Source: Octopus sinensis (lineage: Eukaryota). Taken from it: 27,472 nucleotides of DNA. The stretch covers positions 1-27,472 of the forward strand of contig NW_021833321.1 in the NCBI RefSeq assembly GCF_006345805.1. Reading direction: 5' to 3'. Below the pieces are notes generated by a model, which was not told the origin of the DNA, made no database searches, and saw only the letters and a program-made list of their open reading frames with translations. Within the stretch, counting starts at the first letter, position 1. Each line of letters opens with the position of its first letter. Position numbers and translations under genes: made by a program. This document shows positions 9,872 to 21,429 of the stretch, piece after piece.

Positions 9872-10329
9872 ATTCAACTATAAACACATATACATACTTA
9901 GACACACATATATACTCAAATACACATATACATGCTGTGAACATGTATTTGTATGTACAAAAACAAATTCCAACACTTTGCATGTGACCCCACAGAACCA
10001 TAATGTCAAGAATTTCTCTAAACTTATGGGTCAGAGAAGAGGAGAATATTTGATATTTACATCTTGCCCAAAGGAACAGTTGACATCTTTTTCTCCAAAA
10101 AAGGCTCAAAATAACATATTCTTAACCAAGATCTCAGTACACACATAACTACATAAGTAGATAGATATTAATGAGGGTGACCTACATCGTTATTCTTCAT
10201 GGTGCAAATAGCAGCTAAATCTCCCTCGAATCACAAGATTATAAAAATAAAAGAATAGGGGCATACTAAACAATACAAGTCTTGATGTTAAAGAAAAACA
10301 AGGTCACAGCTGAAGCGTCCTTCATTAAT

Positions 10330-10470
10330 AGTATGCTCCACCAAGATGGTGAACTGACAGAATCATTAGCATGCCAAACAAAGTGCTTAGCAGGATTTCA
10401 TCCATTTTTATGTTACGATTCCAAGTTCCACCAAGGTCTACGTTGTCTTTCAAGCCTTTCAGGGCCACTG
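10330..10470 (+). mobile_element. Highly decayed SINE family B fragment
   Basis: AAGTTCCACCAAGGTCTACGTTGTCTTTCAAGCCTTTCAGGG resembles the B central domain. Confidence 0.45.
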
Positions 10471-10592
10471 TTTCAAGAAAATAGTTCACTGACTGAAGAC
10501 TCCAAAAGGATAAAGTGAAATGTTAAGTAAATAAAACCAAAAGTTTTCACTTCTTCTCTAGAAGATACGCTGACACTGGAAGCTCTTTTTAA

Positions 10593-10812
10593 CCCTTTTG
10601 ATACTAACCTGCTTAAAACTGGTCCTGGTTTTATGATACAAAAATTACTGTTTTAAGCTCATCTAAATCAAAACCTATCAAGATTTCATATTCATGTGTT
10701 CCAAACACCAGCTTAATAATGACAAAATTATTTTACTAAATTCTTCATTTTTCTCTCAAAATTAATTGAAATAAAGGCAGTGTATTTTCACAGAAATATG
10801 GTAACAAAAGGG
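10593..10812 (+). mobile_element. piggyBac-like MITE (220 bp, older)
   Basis: TTAA|CCCTTTTG...ACAAAAGGG|TTGA. Colinear with 9188-9407. Confidence 0.8.
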
Positions 10813-10971
10813 TTGACAGGAAGAAAGTCTAAGAAATCTCAGGAATATTATATTTCAGGATGTTGTGCTTTCCTCTGCACTGAGGCAATGAGAGACAGCA
10901 GAGAGGAACGGTAGTGATATATGCTATACTACAAGCCCATAGGGAAACAAGAGAGACACAAAGACCATGAA

Positions 10972-11176
10972 GGTAATAATGATGTTGATGATGAGTGTAG
11001 CAATAATACTGATGACAACGATGGGATAATGACACTAATGATGACGATGGCAATGTTGACGATAACAGTAATTATGATATGATGAGGACGATGATGATGA
11101 TGACAATAATTACAATGAGAATGGTGATGATAATTACGATGATGATGATGATGATGATGAGAATGATGATGATAAC
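10972..11176. repeat. Degenerate (GAT/AAT)n trinucleotide tract
   Basis: Period-3 repeat with phase shifts. Pure (GAT)n near 11138-11160. Confidence 0.85.
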
Positions 11177-12229
11177 TGTGCTCTGTCACCTGCAAACAGT
11201 TGGAGGTCTTCTCATCAGTTATGGGCTGAGGTAATTTGTCTTAAAAAACAACAGATGTGAAAATATATTAACAAAAGATAATTTGCTATTTTCTTTTACA
11301 AATAACAATATGTAAATAACATTTATTTATTTAATTTGTTTCTCTTTTTTTAATTAGACCAAAAAATATGGAATTTATTATTTAGAAACTAAAGAAATTA
11401 AAAAAATATTTTTTCTAAAAAAAAAAAAGGAAAGCAAAACAAAACCGCAAAACGATGAATAAATAAATAAGTAAAATAAATAAATAATAGACGTTGCATA
11501 TGAATTTTCTTATTAACACCTTCATCTAATTTGAAAGACGAAATAAATGGATTATAATAATAATAAAAATGGTAAAAAAACAAAAACTTATAACAAGAAT
11601 ACATACAAAACAAAAATAATAATAATAATAATAATAATGATGATGATAATGATAATTGCAATCATCATAATTCAGTAAATAACTTAAACAGTATTCATTT
11701 TTCTGTTTCTAATTATATTTGTATAACAAACAAATTACTGTCTTGTCTTAATCAAAACTGTCAAGAAGAAGGAGGAGGAGGAGGAGAGAAACAAGAAGAA
11801 TTATTTCCAAGAACAATAGTTCCAACATGACAAAATATTAAAACAGATCTGATGCGTTTCACAAAGCATAAGAAATAAGTAAGCGTGCAAACAAAGTTTT
11901 GTTTAGGTACGCGTGTGGTGGAAAGTGTGGGCGACGGTAGAAGAGCGCAAGCTTGTTAATTAAAGGGATACCAGGATGTGTGTGGGTGTGGAGTGGAGTG
12001 TGGGGGGAGTAGAATTTAACCCTTTTGTAGCTGTATTTCTGATGAAAAAGAAAAATGCTTATATATTTAAATATATTAATATTTATTTGTATAGAACATG
12101 GTGGTGTAAATCAGAATAACTGAAATATGAATAACGACAAAATCTGCAGATATTTATTCTAAAGCTACGGAGGCTGCAAATGAAATGAAAATTTACAGAA
12201 AAATAACTGGGCATTATTCATCTCAGTTG

Positions 12230-12287
12230 CTCTCTCTCTCTCTGTATATATATTATATATATATATATATGTGTGTGTGAGTGTGTG

Positions 12288-12318
<31 letters not shown>

Positions 12319-12343
12319 ATATATATGTATATATGTGTGTGTG

Positions 12344-12405
<62 letters not shown>

Positions 12406-12483
12406 AATATATATATATATATGTGTGTGTGTGAGTGTGTGTATATATATATATATGTGTGTGTGTGTATATATATGTATATA

Positions 12484-12538
<55 letters not shown>

Positions 12539-12546
12539 ATATATAA

Positions 12547-12588
<42 letters not shown>
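12230..12588. repeat. Compound (TA)/(GT) microsatellite with higher-order duplication
   Basis: Diagnostic interruptions (GTGAGTGT, ATATGTATAT, ATATAAATAT) recur in the same order about 150 bp apart. Confidence 0.85.
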
Positions 12589-13224
12589 TGTAAGTTGAGA
12601 ACTTGGCTTCTGATTCTAACAGTTTGAGCAACTCTAAATAAGATCTCTCATTTGGTTGAAGACATCTTGTGTTATCATCAAACGCAATGTATATTTCAGA
12701 CGACATCTTCCAAACCAAACCACTCCCCAAGAGTGAACTGGTTGGGTATAATGTAAAATAGGTTGAGTTATTGTTTTTATAGTTGTTTTAATCTCAAGGC
12801 AGCCCTGACTGATCAGACCCTATTATTGATCAAATATATTATAATTATGATAATCCATAATCTTGTCATTTTTTTTTATTTATTCAGTGAGTGTTTTGAT
12901 AACAGTATCTAATAACTGTGTCTTTCCCTTGTCTTTCCTTTTTTTAAAAGGTAGAGTGTGGCTTAAGGTAGATGTGACTGCTATTTCTAGCAGGTCAAAC
13001 ATATGCACAGAGAACCTCACCTTTGGCTAATGTCGATTCTATTGTCGTCATTGTTATTTCGTCTCAGGTCAACCCTGATCAGGAAAACTTATAGAAAGTT
13101 GTTCTAGACATGGAATAGCCTGGGGTTATACAACAACAACATGCACCAAAGACTTAAGATTGTTGGTTTATTAACAAACGTCTTTCATTGTACATCAGTC
13201 TAACACAGAGTTTGAACAAAAACT

Positions 13225-13630
13225 GACAGAGGCAAGATGTTTATGATGACTTGTTAATTCAAACTCCTTCCAGCCAAAAATAAAATAAAGAATTTACAGT
13301 GAAGAGACAAAGAGATTTTGCAGTGATGACTTTTAATTCAACCCTCTCCCTATCAAAAGTTGGTAGTAAAACAAAGAATTGGTAGAGAAGCGACAGAGAG
13401 AAATCTGCAGCTTTTCATATAATTTAACCTCCTTCCAGCCACAAGTTGAAAAACAAAGAATATGGCAGTCGACTAACAGAGGGATGTGCAGTGTCTTCTT
13501 ATAATTTACTGCCTACCTTTTCCTGTTAGAACTTGATAATAAAACCAAGAATTGATAGGAAAGAAAGACAGAGAGAGATCTGCAGTCTTTTCTCATAATT
13601 TAACTTTTCCTGGCTGAAATATAATCATAA
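13225..13630. repeat. Degenerate tandem array, 5 units of about 81-92 bp
   Basis: Unit starts near 13225, 13306, 13392, 13475 and 13567. Recurrent GACAGAG..TGCAG..TAATT..CCTTCC..AAAAC(A/C)AAGAATT(G) motifs. Confidence 0.75.
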
Positions 13631-13951
13631 AGATGTGTGAAGTGTCACCTTCAGTTTTAACCCTTGCAAGCATTAAAAGAGAAATGAATATTGATAGGAA
13701 AGAGAGATTTTGTATTCACAATGTGAAATAACAGACAATAACAATAAGGGTTGATAACTGTCCCATCAGTACAGATAATATTCATATTTATAACCTTGCC
13801 GGAGTGTCCAAATGAGTTGTTGAAAACAATCGATAGAACCGCACTCAGCAGAGAAGCCAATCAAAAAGATTATGAAAGCATTTCATCACCTTAGACTTGT
13901 CAAATTTGTCTCACCAGAAATTCCATGGAATTGATTTTTGTTGTTTTATAA

Positions 13952-14200
13952 CCCTTTCATGATTACATTCCTAATGAAATTATGCAACCAACGTGTCTCA
14001 ATTCATTTTGAAAATACGCAAGAATTTTAAAGAATTCGGTAAAATAACCAACGTTTCCATAATTATGCTGGAGTGTGCAACATAACTTAGCACTTCTTAC
14101 ACTAAATTATGACAGAATTTGTTTTTGCTTTCTTTTGTTTTTGTAATTAAAATTTATAAACTTTAAAATGAAAGATTCATAGGCAACAGTCTCAGATGGG
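13952..14200 (-). mobile_element. piggyBac-like MITE, reverse orientation, decayed
   Basis: ataa|CCCTTTCAT...GATGGG|TTAA. Internal similarity to the reverse complement of 9188-9407. Confidence 0.65.
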
Positions 14201-14352
14201 TTAATATCGAAGAGTGTCAAGTTCAATTGATAACACATGGAGAGGATGAGTTAAATATTTATCATGGAGAGTTGTCTTAGCGATGTATGTATGTATGTGC
14301 CTGTCTGTATCTATTTATTTATGCATACATATACATTCATATATATATAGAT

Positions 14353-14554
14353 CAGTGCTTTTCAAACTTTTTGCTGGAGTGGAACCCCAAGGAAACATTC
14401 CACTGGCTCGAGGAACCCCTGTGCAAATAATTTAATAGTCTTATGCACACATACCTGCACAGGAGAATTAAAAATTACTGCCGATTTTAGCAGTTTTGTA
14501 ACTTCTTGCAGAACCCCTGGACTGTACTGGCGGAACCCTGGTTGAAAACCACAG
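14353..14554. mobile_element. hAT-superfamily MITE (202 bp)
   Basis: TIR CAGTG(C/G)TTTTCAA matching 11/13. Perfect 8-bp TSD ATATAGAT at 14345-14352 and 14555-14562. Confidence 0.9.
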
Positions 14555-14970
14555 ATATAGATATATATTGCCAATATACATGTATGTATTCAACAAACTA
14601 GAGTTTATAAACACTAAATGATTCCCTCACAACCAATTAATCCCATATTGCTACGTAATCTTTTATATCATCATCATTATGTCCATTTTGTTCCTTCTGT
14701 GTTGGTATGGGTTCAATGAAAATAGTGGAGGCAGTGGTCAGATGTCATTATTGGCACCAACACTTTGTTCCAAGTATGGTACTTTATTCTCCTGGTTTCT
14801 GCCTGCCAAACTACTCGACAGCTGGACATGTTCTTATAGCAAGCATACAAAAATTACAGCACTGCCACATAAATGCTTACATTGTTTTACACTAGTGTAC
14901 ATAAGCAATGTCAACACAAAAATGGGGAAGACAACCACATGTACACACAATCACACATTCATAAAGACTT

Positions 14971-15120
14971 CTGTACAGTTTCTGTCAAACAATTTCACTT
15001 GCAAGGCATTGGTCAGCCCAAAGTGACAGTGAAAGATACTTCATCCAGGTACCATGCAGCAGGAATGAACTTGAAATCACATGGTTGCAATGCAAACTTA
15101 TTAACCACACAGCCATGCCT
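14971..15120 (-). mobile_element. Decayed SINE A-like head
   Basis: Reverse complement reads AGGCATGGCTGTGTGGTTAATAAGTTTGC..CATGTG, followed by A body remnants. Confidence 0.65.
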
Positions 15121-15329
15121 TTGCCTTACTCTTTTACTAAAATATCTTGGTGAGCTGAACCCTCTGAGGGTAGCAGCTGTTACTCTCAGAGACAACAGCT
15201 CACAGTGTTGTGTAGATCATAGGATTGTCAGCCTATTCAGGGGTTTTCACTGCGCTAGGTTCAGACCATATAACAGAACTGTAGTCATTGTGTATTAAAT
15301 GCAACATTTAGATCATGGTTATTAATATT

Positions 15330-15543
15330 CTTTTCTACTCTAGGCACAAGGCCCAAAATTTTGGGGGAGGAGGCCAGTCAATTAAATTGACCCCAGTGCG
15401 TAACTGGTACTCAATTTATCAACCCCGAAAGGATGAAAGGCAAAGTCAAGGTGGGCAGAATTTGAACTCAGAACGTAAAGACAAATGAAATGCCACTAAG
15501 TGTTTCGCCTGGTGTGCTAATGTTTCTGCCAGCTCTCCACCTT
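15330..15543 (-). mobile_element. SINE family B, alternative-tail subfamily
   Basis: B head and central domain with a different 3' tail. 18-bp TSD ATCATGGTTATTAATATT at 15312-15329 and 15544-15561. Confidence 0.92.
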
Positions 15544-15758
15544 ATCATGGTTATTAATATTGAATATAGGCAGCACAGGAGCAAATTTGTAAAGGTGTAA
15601 AAGTGAAGTGGTTTTCTTGCTCTATTTGTTTTTATTTTTACTCAAAAAAAAAAAACTAGTTACATTTACCTCCTTTGCTAAAATGAAATATACATTTCTA
15701 ACTTTATCACAGATTCACAAGCAAGGCTGGAGAGGAATATACTCATTTTAATTGACAA

Positions 15759-16388
15759 TCTTTATATATATATATTTCTTTACTACCCACAAGGGGCCAA
15801 ACACAGAGGGGACAAACAAGGACAGACAAAGGGATTAAGTCGATTCCATCGACCCCAGTGCGTAACTGGTACTTAATTTATCGACTCCGAAAGGATGAAA
15901 GGCAAAGTCGACCTCGGCGGAATATGAACTCAGAACGTAACGGCAGACGAAATACGGCTTCGCATTTCGCACGGCGTGCTACTGTTTCTGCCAGCTCATA
16001 TATAAAAGAGAGGTTGTGTGCTGTCTGTCTCCTACGATTTAGATTCCTAACTACTCCCACATTTTGCGGTGCAGTTTAACCAAAACCGGGTATCTTATAG
16101 TCGTGATTCATATCGAGCCCTTCTGGGTATTAGCGCGTGTCTACGATGAGTCTACGATTTAAAAAAAATTTACCATCAATTTTTCTCATTTTTAATGCAT
16201 TTTTGGCATATATAAGGGAAGTAACTCTCTAAAAATTTATTAAATCTCAGAACGTAAAAAGCTACAGTAACACCCCCCCCCCCTTTGTGGTTAGCCATAT
16301 TGAGATGGCTATTATACTTTACATCTCTAAAAATGCTTATATAGTTATTTCCCTTACAAACCCAAGCAACGCCAGGTTATACTGCTAG
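15759..16388 (+). mobile_element. Non-autonomous Helitron, copy 2, with nested SINE B
   Basis: A|TCTTTATATATA at 15759, resuming ATATATAAAAG at 15998. Body colinear with 3723-4208. Decayed hairpin at 16361-16376 and CTAG|T at 16385-16389. Confidence 0.85.
15774..15997 (-). mobile_element. SINE family B nested in Helitron 5' end
   Basis: Near-identical to 3316-3548. Flanked by ATATATA on both sides. Confidence 0.9.
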
Positions 16389-16805
16389 TAGTATATAAAT
16401 AGTACTTAACAAGCTGAGACAATATCCATGCAGCTGCCCAACATGCTAAAAATAGCAGTTAGGTCTCTCTCAAAGCCCACTCCATTCACTTGACATTTTT
16501 AAAAAATGACACATTATACAGCTTAGTCCTTCCCAGGTGTCAAAACCATAATAATATTCATTAGGTAGCTGACGATGGGATGTGTTTGATGTACATGTAC
16601 TTTTTTTTTTTTGGCATGTGTGTGTTGTTGACTGCGAGCCTTTTTCCTCACAGTCAACAATACATAGTTCTAAGTTTTCATTCACTGAAATTCTAGTTCT
16701 TGTGGGGTTAAACTTCTTTCGGAATTCGTGGTTTCTTGGTTTATAATGGTTTTGTACAATTTGAACTCAGAACATAATGATTAACGAGCAATAATTAAAA
16801 ACCAA

Positions 16806-17160
16806 AGGCGCAGGAGTGGCTGTTAGCAACCACATGGTTCCGGGTTCAGTCCCACTGCGAGGCACCTTGGGCAAGTGTCTTCTACTATAGCCTCGGGCCG
16901 CCCAAAGCCTTGTGAGTGGATTTGGTAGATGGAAACTGAAAGAAGCCGGTCGTATATATGTATATATATATATGTGTGTGTGTGTGTGCGTGTATGTTTG
17001 TGTGTCTGTGTTTGTCCCCCTAGCATTGCTTGACAACCGATGCTAGTGTGTTTATGTCCCCGTCACTTAGCGGTTCGGCAAAAGAGACTGATAGAATAAG
17101 TACTAGGCTTACAAAGAATAAGTCCCGGGGTCGATTTGCTCCAGCATGGCCACAGTCAAA
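16806..17160 (+). mobile_element. SINE family A with internal and 3' deletions
   Basis: Lacks part of the A-box region and 17 bp between two TGCTC repeats. Fused directly to the next copy. Confidence 0.9.
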
Positions 17161-17565
17161 GTAGCTTGCTTACCAACCACATGGTTCCGGGTTCAGTCCC
17201 ACTGCGTGGCATCTTGGGCAAGTGTCTTCTACTATAGCCTCGGGCCGACCAAAGCCTTGTGAGTGGATTTGGTAGACGGAAACTGAAAGAAGCCCGTCGT
17301 ATATATGTATATATATATATATGTGTGTGTGTGTGTATGTTTGTGTGTCTGTGTTTGTCCCCCTAGCATTGCTTGACAACCGATGATGGTGTGTTTATGT
17401 CCCCGCCACTTAGCGGTTCGGCAAAAGAGACCAATAGAATAAGTACTAGGCTTACAAAGAATAAGTCCCGGGGTCGATTTGCTCGACTAAAGGCGGTGCT
17501 CCAGCATAGCCACAGTCAAATGACTGAAACAAGTAAAAAGAGTAAAAAAAAAAGAGTAAAGAGTA
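17161..17565 (+). mobile_element. SINE family A, 5'-clipped
   Basis: Starts at GTAGCTTGC (about 25 nt of head missing). Otherwise full length. Confidence 0.9.
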
Positions 17566-17929
17566 ACGTTTCCTTATCTCTGTAGCTGCCGCCCCTCTGA
17601 GACTTTATTAATTTACTATCATTTTCTAGAAGTTCTTTTACAAATACTAGTTGTCAGCTGTCTCTTCTAATTAATTTGTCTGCTTTATGGTGCATCACAA
17701 GGCTTCTGTCATACGCTTATTGATAAAGCAACACGCATGGTAGATAATTAATCTTGGATAATTATGAACCTAAACCAAAGAATACAATGTGATAATGATA
17801 CAAGTCGACAAAGAGCCTTTGTGTGGTCTTTTGACCTAGAAAAATCAACTAAACCTCCTTCAAACGAAATGCTACAGTCTTAATATGTCTTTTTAAAAGA
17901 CATATTAAATTATGTAATTGAGGTATACT

Positions 17930-18132
17930 ATTAAAGTGTTGGGTAAAATACTTTTCAGTATTTGATCTATGTCTTTACATTCTGAGATCAAATCCTGCCA
18001 GGGTCAATTTTGCCTTTCATCTTCCTAGGGTCAATAAAATAAAGCACCAGTCAAGTGCTGGGTTTTGATTTACCTTACTTTTACTTCCTCTTCCAAATTT
18101 CTGGTCTTGTGCCCATGTTAGATACTATTATT
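17930..18132 (+). mobile_element. Decayed SINE family B
   Basis: TTCTGAGATCAAATCCTGCCAGGGTCAATTTTGCCTTTCATC..GGTCAATAAAATAAAGCACCAG matches the B domain. Confidence 0.65.
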
Positions 18133-18316
18133 TGTAATTCAATTTTCACACAATATTCTGTATATTAGTACAGACAGGAAATTATTACACAGAAACATTT
18201 AAAGAGTAGCAATATGGGGACTAACAGATAAGGTAGTATGTCTAATTGATTCATTCAAATCAAGCTATCTAGAAACATTATTTTGAACTTATTACAAACA
18301 AAATCCAAACATACCA

Positions 18317-18713
18317 GCAGGAGTGGCTGTGTGGTAAGTAGCTTGCTAACCAACCACATGGTTCCGGGTTCAGTCCCACTGCGTGGCATCTTGGGCAAGT
18401 GTCTTCTGCTATAGCCCCGGGCCGACCAAAGCCTTGTGAGTGGATTTGGTAGACGGAAACTGAAAGAAGCCTGTCGTATATATGTATATATGTGTGTGGG
18501 GGGGGTGTCTGTGTTTGTCCCCCTAGCATTGCTTGACAACCGATGCTGATGTGTTTACGTCCCCGTCACTTAGTGGTTCGGCAAAAGAGACCGATAGAAT
18601 AAGTACCGGGCTGACAAAGAATAAGTCCCGGGGTCGATTTTGCTCGACTAAAGGCGGTGCTCCAGCATGGCCGCAGTCAAATGACTGAAACAAGTAAAAG
18701 AGTAAAAGAGAGT
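18317..18713 (+). mobile_element. SINE family A
   Basis: Near-complete copy with a short internal microsatellite containing a G run. Confidence 0.95.
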
Positions 18714-19113
18714 ATACCTGCCATTTGTCATATCTACCTTTGAATCCTACCAAACCTTTACAGCTGTTTTCTATTTCTTTCCTCCCCTCATCCCTTTTCC
18801 ATCTGTCACTCTCCCCACACAGTCTTGCAACCACCATCTACTCACTTCTTCATTCCTCTGTCCCCACTCACTTCTACTCACCTCAAACAATGAGGGGCCA
18901 CACAGACACCTCACCACCGGGTTTTCATCTTTTCCCACCTCTACCCAATCATACCCACTTTCTCTTCTTAAATTTGAGCAGTCAAGTAGCTGTTCTACAA
19001 CAAGAAACTTGTTCTACTCTGGGCCCTTTCTCTCACACTTTAACCACTCAACCTCTAGCATGAAGCCACTTCCTTCAGGGTTTGTAGTTTTGCAAACTAT
19101 GCAGCAACCTCAC

Positions 19114-19290
19114 TGGTGTTGGTGCCACAAAAAAAGAGCACCCAATACATGCTGTAAAATGGTTGGTGATAAAGAGAGCATTCAGCTTCAAAAACTATGC
19201 CAAAGTGGACACTGGAAACCATCGCCTCCTACCAAGCTCTCCAACCCATACCATCATGGACATTCGAATGATGACTGGGTGATGATAATA
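19114..19290 (+). mobile_element. Decayed SINE family D tail
   Basis: GGTGCCACAAAAAAAGAGCACCC..TGGTTGGTGATAAAGAGAGCATTCAGC..CCAACCCAT resembles 22960-23148. Confidence 0.55.
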
Positions 19291-19729
19291 GTTACTGGCT
19301 GGTAAAGAATTTTAGAAACATGAAGCAATAAACATAAAAGCTCTAAATAAGTTGTTGATATGAGTCAGAAAAGGATTTTAGCTGGGTCACCAATGACAAC
19401 ATGTGATGTAAAAAAGGCTGTAGCTAAGCTAAATAAATCTTCCAGATTTTTTTTTTACAAAGCCACAGATGCATCAAGCAATAGAATCTATTTTGAATTT
19501 TACTTGCAAAGAAGTTGGTAGCCCAATGAAGTTCAATTCATGCTGACCTAGCACATTCAAATCCAAATAGCCTTTTAACAAAATGTCTCACAAATATTGT
19601 TAATGATTTGGAACTTAAGTCATTATCCTTCATTTTTTTTTTTTCATCCTATCTAGAATCGTGTTGCAATAATCTTTGGATTAAACCAAAAGAACCAGAT
19701 GCTTTGCATTTTCATTTTCATGCCTGCAT

Positions 19730-19855
19730 AGGTGCAGGCATGGCGATTGGCACAGATATGGCTGCATGAAACATTAGGTGTCTTCTACAATAGCCCTGAG
19801 TCAATCAAAGCCTTGTGTATGGATTTTGTAAGCAGTAACTGAAAGAAGCTCATCT
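19730..19855 (+). mobile_element. Decayed SINE A-like head/body
   Basis: GTGTCTTCTACAATAGCCC..AAAGCCTTGTG..AACTGAAAGAAGCTC. Confidence 0.6.
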
Positions 19856-20007
19856 CACTATCATTTGCAAAAAAATAAATAAATAAATAAATAAATAAGG
19901 GGGGGGAATGATAAGTTAAATAATGTATTCCTAAGTTCACTATATCTGCATATAAAAAGTGATGCTTCTGATCATAGCTTTTGCTCAACGCTATCAGGAT
20001 TCGCCTT

Positions 20008-20037
<30 letters not shown>
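20008..20037. repeat. (AAC)10 microsatellite
   Basis: Direct reading. Confidence 0.95.
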
Positions 20038-20038
<1 letters not shown>

Positions 20039-20219
20039 CAGATAGGTCAATGCTTGCAACAATGTGATTGAACTCAGAGCTATTATATCAATATTCTGGC
20101 TGGCTATGCTCTTTAACAAAACTCCCATCAAGAGAGAGAGAGAGAAACAAATCCTCAACATCACACATCACATCATTTCCAATGGATAATCAGATTTCCA
20201 TTGCTAAATTATGCATAGT

Positions 20220-20550
20220 AGTACTATGTGTGTATAAATTTCTGTGCATTTGTATGAGCATGCATGCACATGCACGCACGTATGTACATAGGTATCTGTA
20301 GCCTATTAGATTTCCATCACTATATAATGCATATATGCATCTGTATATACATCTGCATGTGTGGATATGCATACTATATATACATCTGTATATATTTGTG
20401 TGTCACTGATAGAGTGTTCGATGTATATATATATATCAGTATGTGTGTGTGTGTGTGTGTATACAAGATTTCCAGCACTACACATTTGTGAGTGCATGAG
20501 TGTACATTTGTGTGTTTACACGTGTGTATGCATATATATGCGCAAGAATC

Positions 20551-20600
<50 letters not shown>

Positions 20601-20890
20601 AACGCACACATACATATATATATATACATATGCACACACACAGAGACACATGTATACATATGCATAAATACATACATACATTCCTAGACTTACACATATA
20701 CATATAAATATACATATATACACATATACATATATATGTATGTATATACATGTACACACACACACTCTCACATGTTTGATTTTCATTGATACATATACAA
20801 GTGTGTGTGTGTGTGTGTGTGTGTGTGCATGTGGGTGTGTGTGCATGTGTGTGTGTGTGTGCATCAGTGTATATGAATATGTGTGTATGT
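20220..20890. repeat. Large degenerate compound dinucleotide microsatellite field
   Basis: About 670 bp of (TA)/(CA)/(GT)-type alternation. Confidence 0.9.
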
Positions 20891-21024
20891 AATTCCAGAT
20901 AAATGAGCGAGAAATGACAAAAAGCTATGAGACGAGAGTAAGCTAATCAAGTAAGTTGCGATCAATAAGCAAATAGCCACTCAATAAATAATGTATATTA
21001 CAAAAGAGGAACAGAGGGTGAGGC

Positions 21025-21057
<33 letters not shown>

Positions 21058-21084
21058 ATAGATGTGTGGGTTGTGACAAACGAA

Positions 21085-21420
21085 AGGTGGAGTGGAGAGG
21101 GGAGGAGAGAGTTGGGGGGGGGGGGGGATGGGCGAGCATTTCAAACAGAAGTTGATTAATTAATAGTGCTTGAAGTCCACAACACACGGATGGACATCGA
21201 CTTCGTCTCGGATCATATACACTGTTTTATCAAGATAGTGCCAGTGGCCTACCAAGCCTCGAGCGCAGAGACCTTCACCGTCTCCCAAACCCCCACCCCA
21301 CCCCCCGCCCCCGACTCCAACATTGCAGAAACGGTAGCAGAAATGGGGGGAAATGAAGCTAATAAGATAGGATGTGAAACAAAGCAAAACGAGTCGAGAC
21401 AAGAAAATTGAATAATTTTT
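21085..21420. promoter_or_regulatory. Unique CpG-rich, G/C-tract-rich island (candidate promoter or 5' exon)
   Basis: About 13 CpG in about 270 bp of non-repeat DNA, G13 run, and a four-run C tract at 21290-21312. Flanked by (GT)n and (CT)n. Confidence 0.35.
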
Positions 21421-21429
21421 CATCAGCTT

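Noticed and set aside
10929-11195. His-rich ORF, or Asp/Asn-rich frame on the opposite strand
   Set aside because: Degenerate (GAT)n tract with phase shifts and no supporting exon structure.
12590-12730. Protein-like frame MSSEIYIAFDDNTRCLQPNERSYLELLKLLESEAKFST
   Set aside because: No recognisable homology, no donor site, and it runs into a microsatellite.
13225-13630. CRISPR-like array
   Set aside because: Eukaryotic context, whole units are homologous with no invariant repeat and unique spacer alternation, and no cas genes.
18725-19063. 112-aa ORF in a pyrimidine-rich stretch
   Set aside because: Compositional bias (Leu/Ser/Pro/His) explains the open frame. No motif or splice support.
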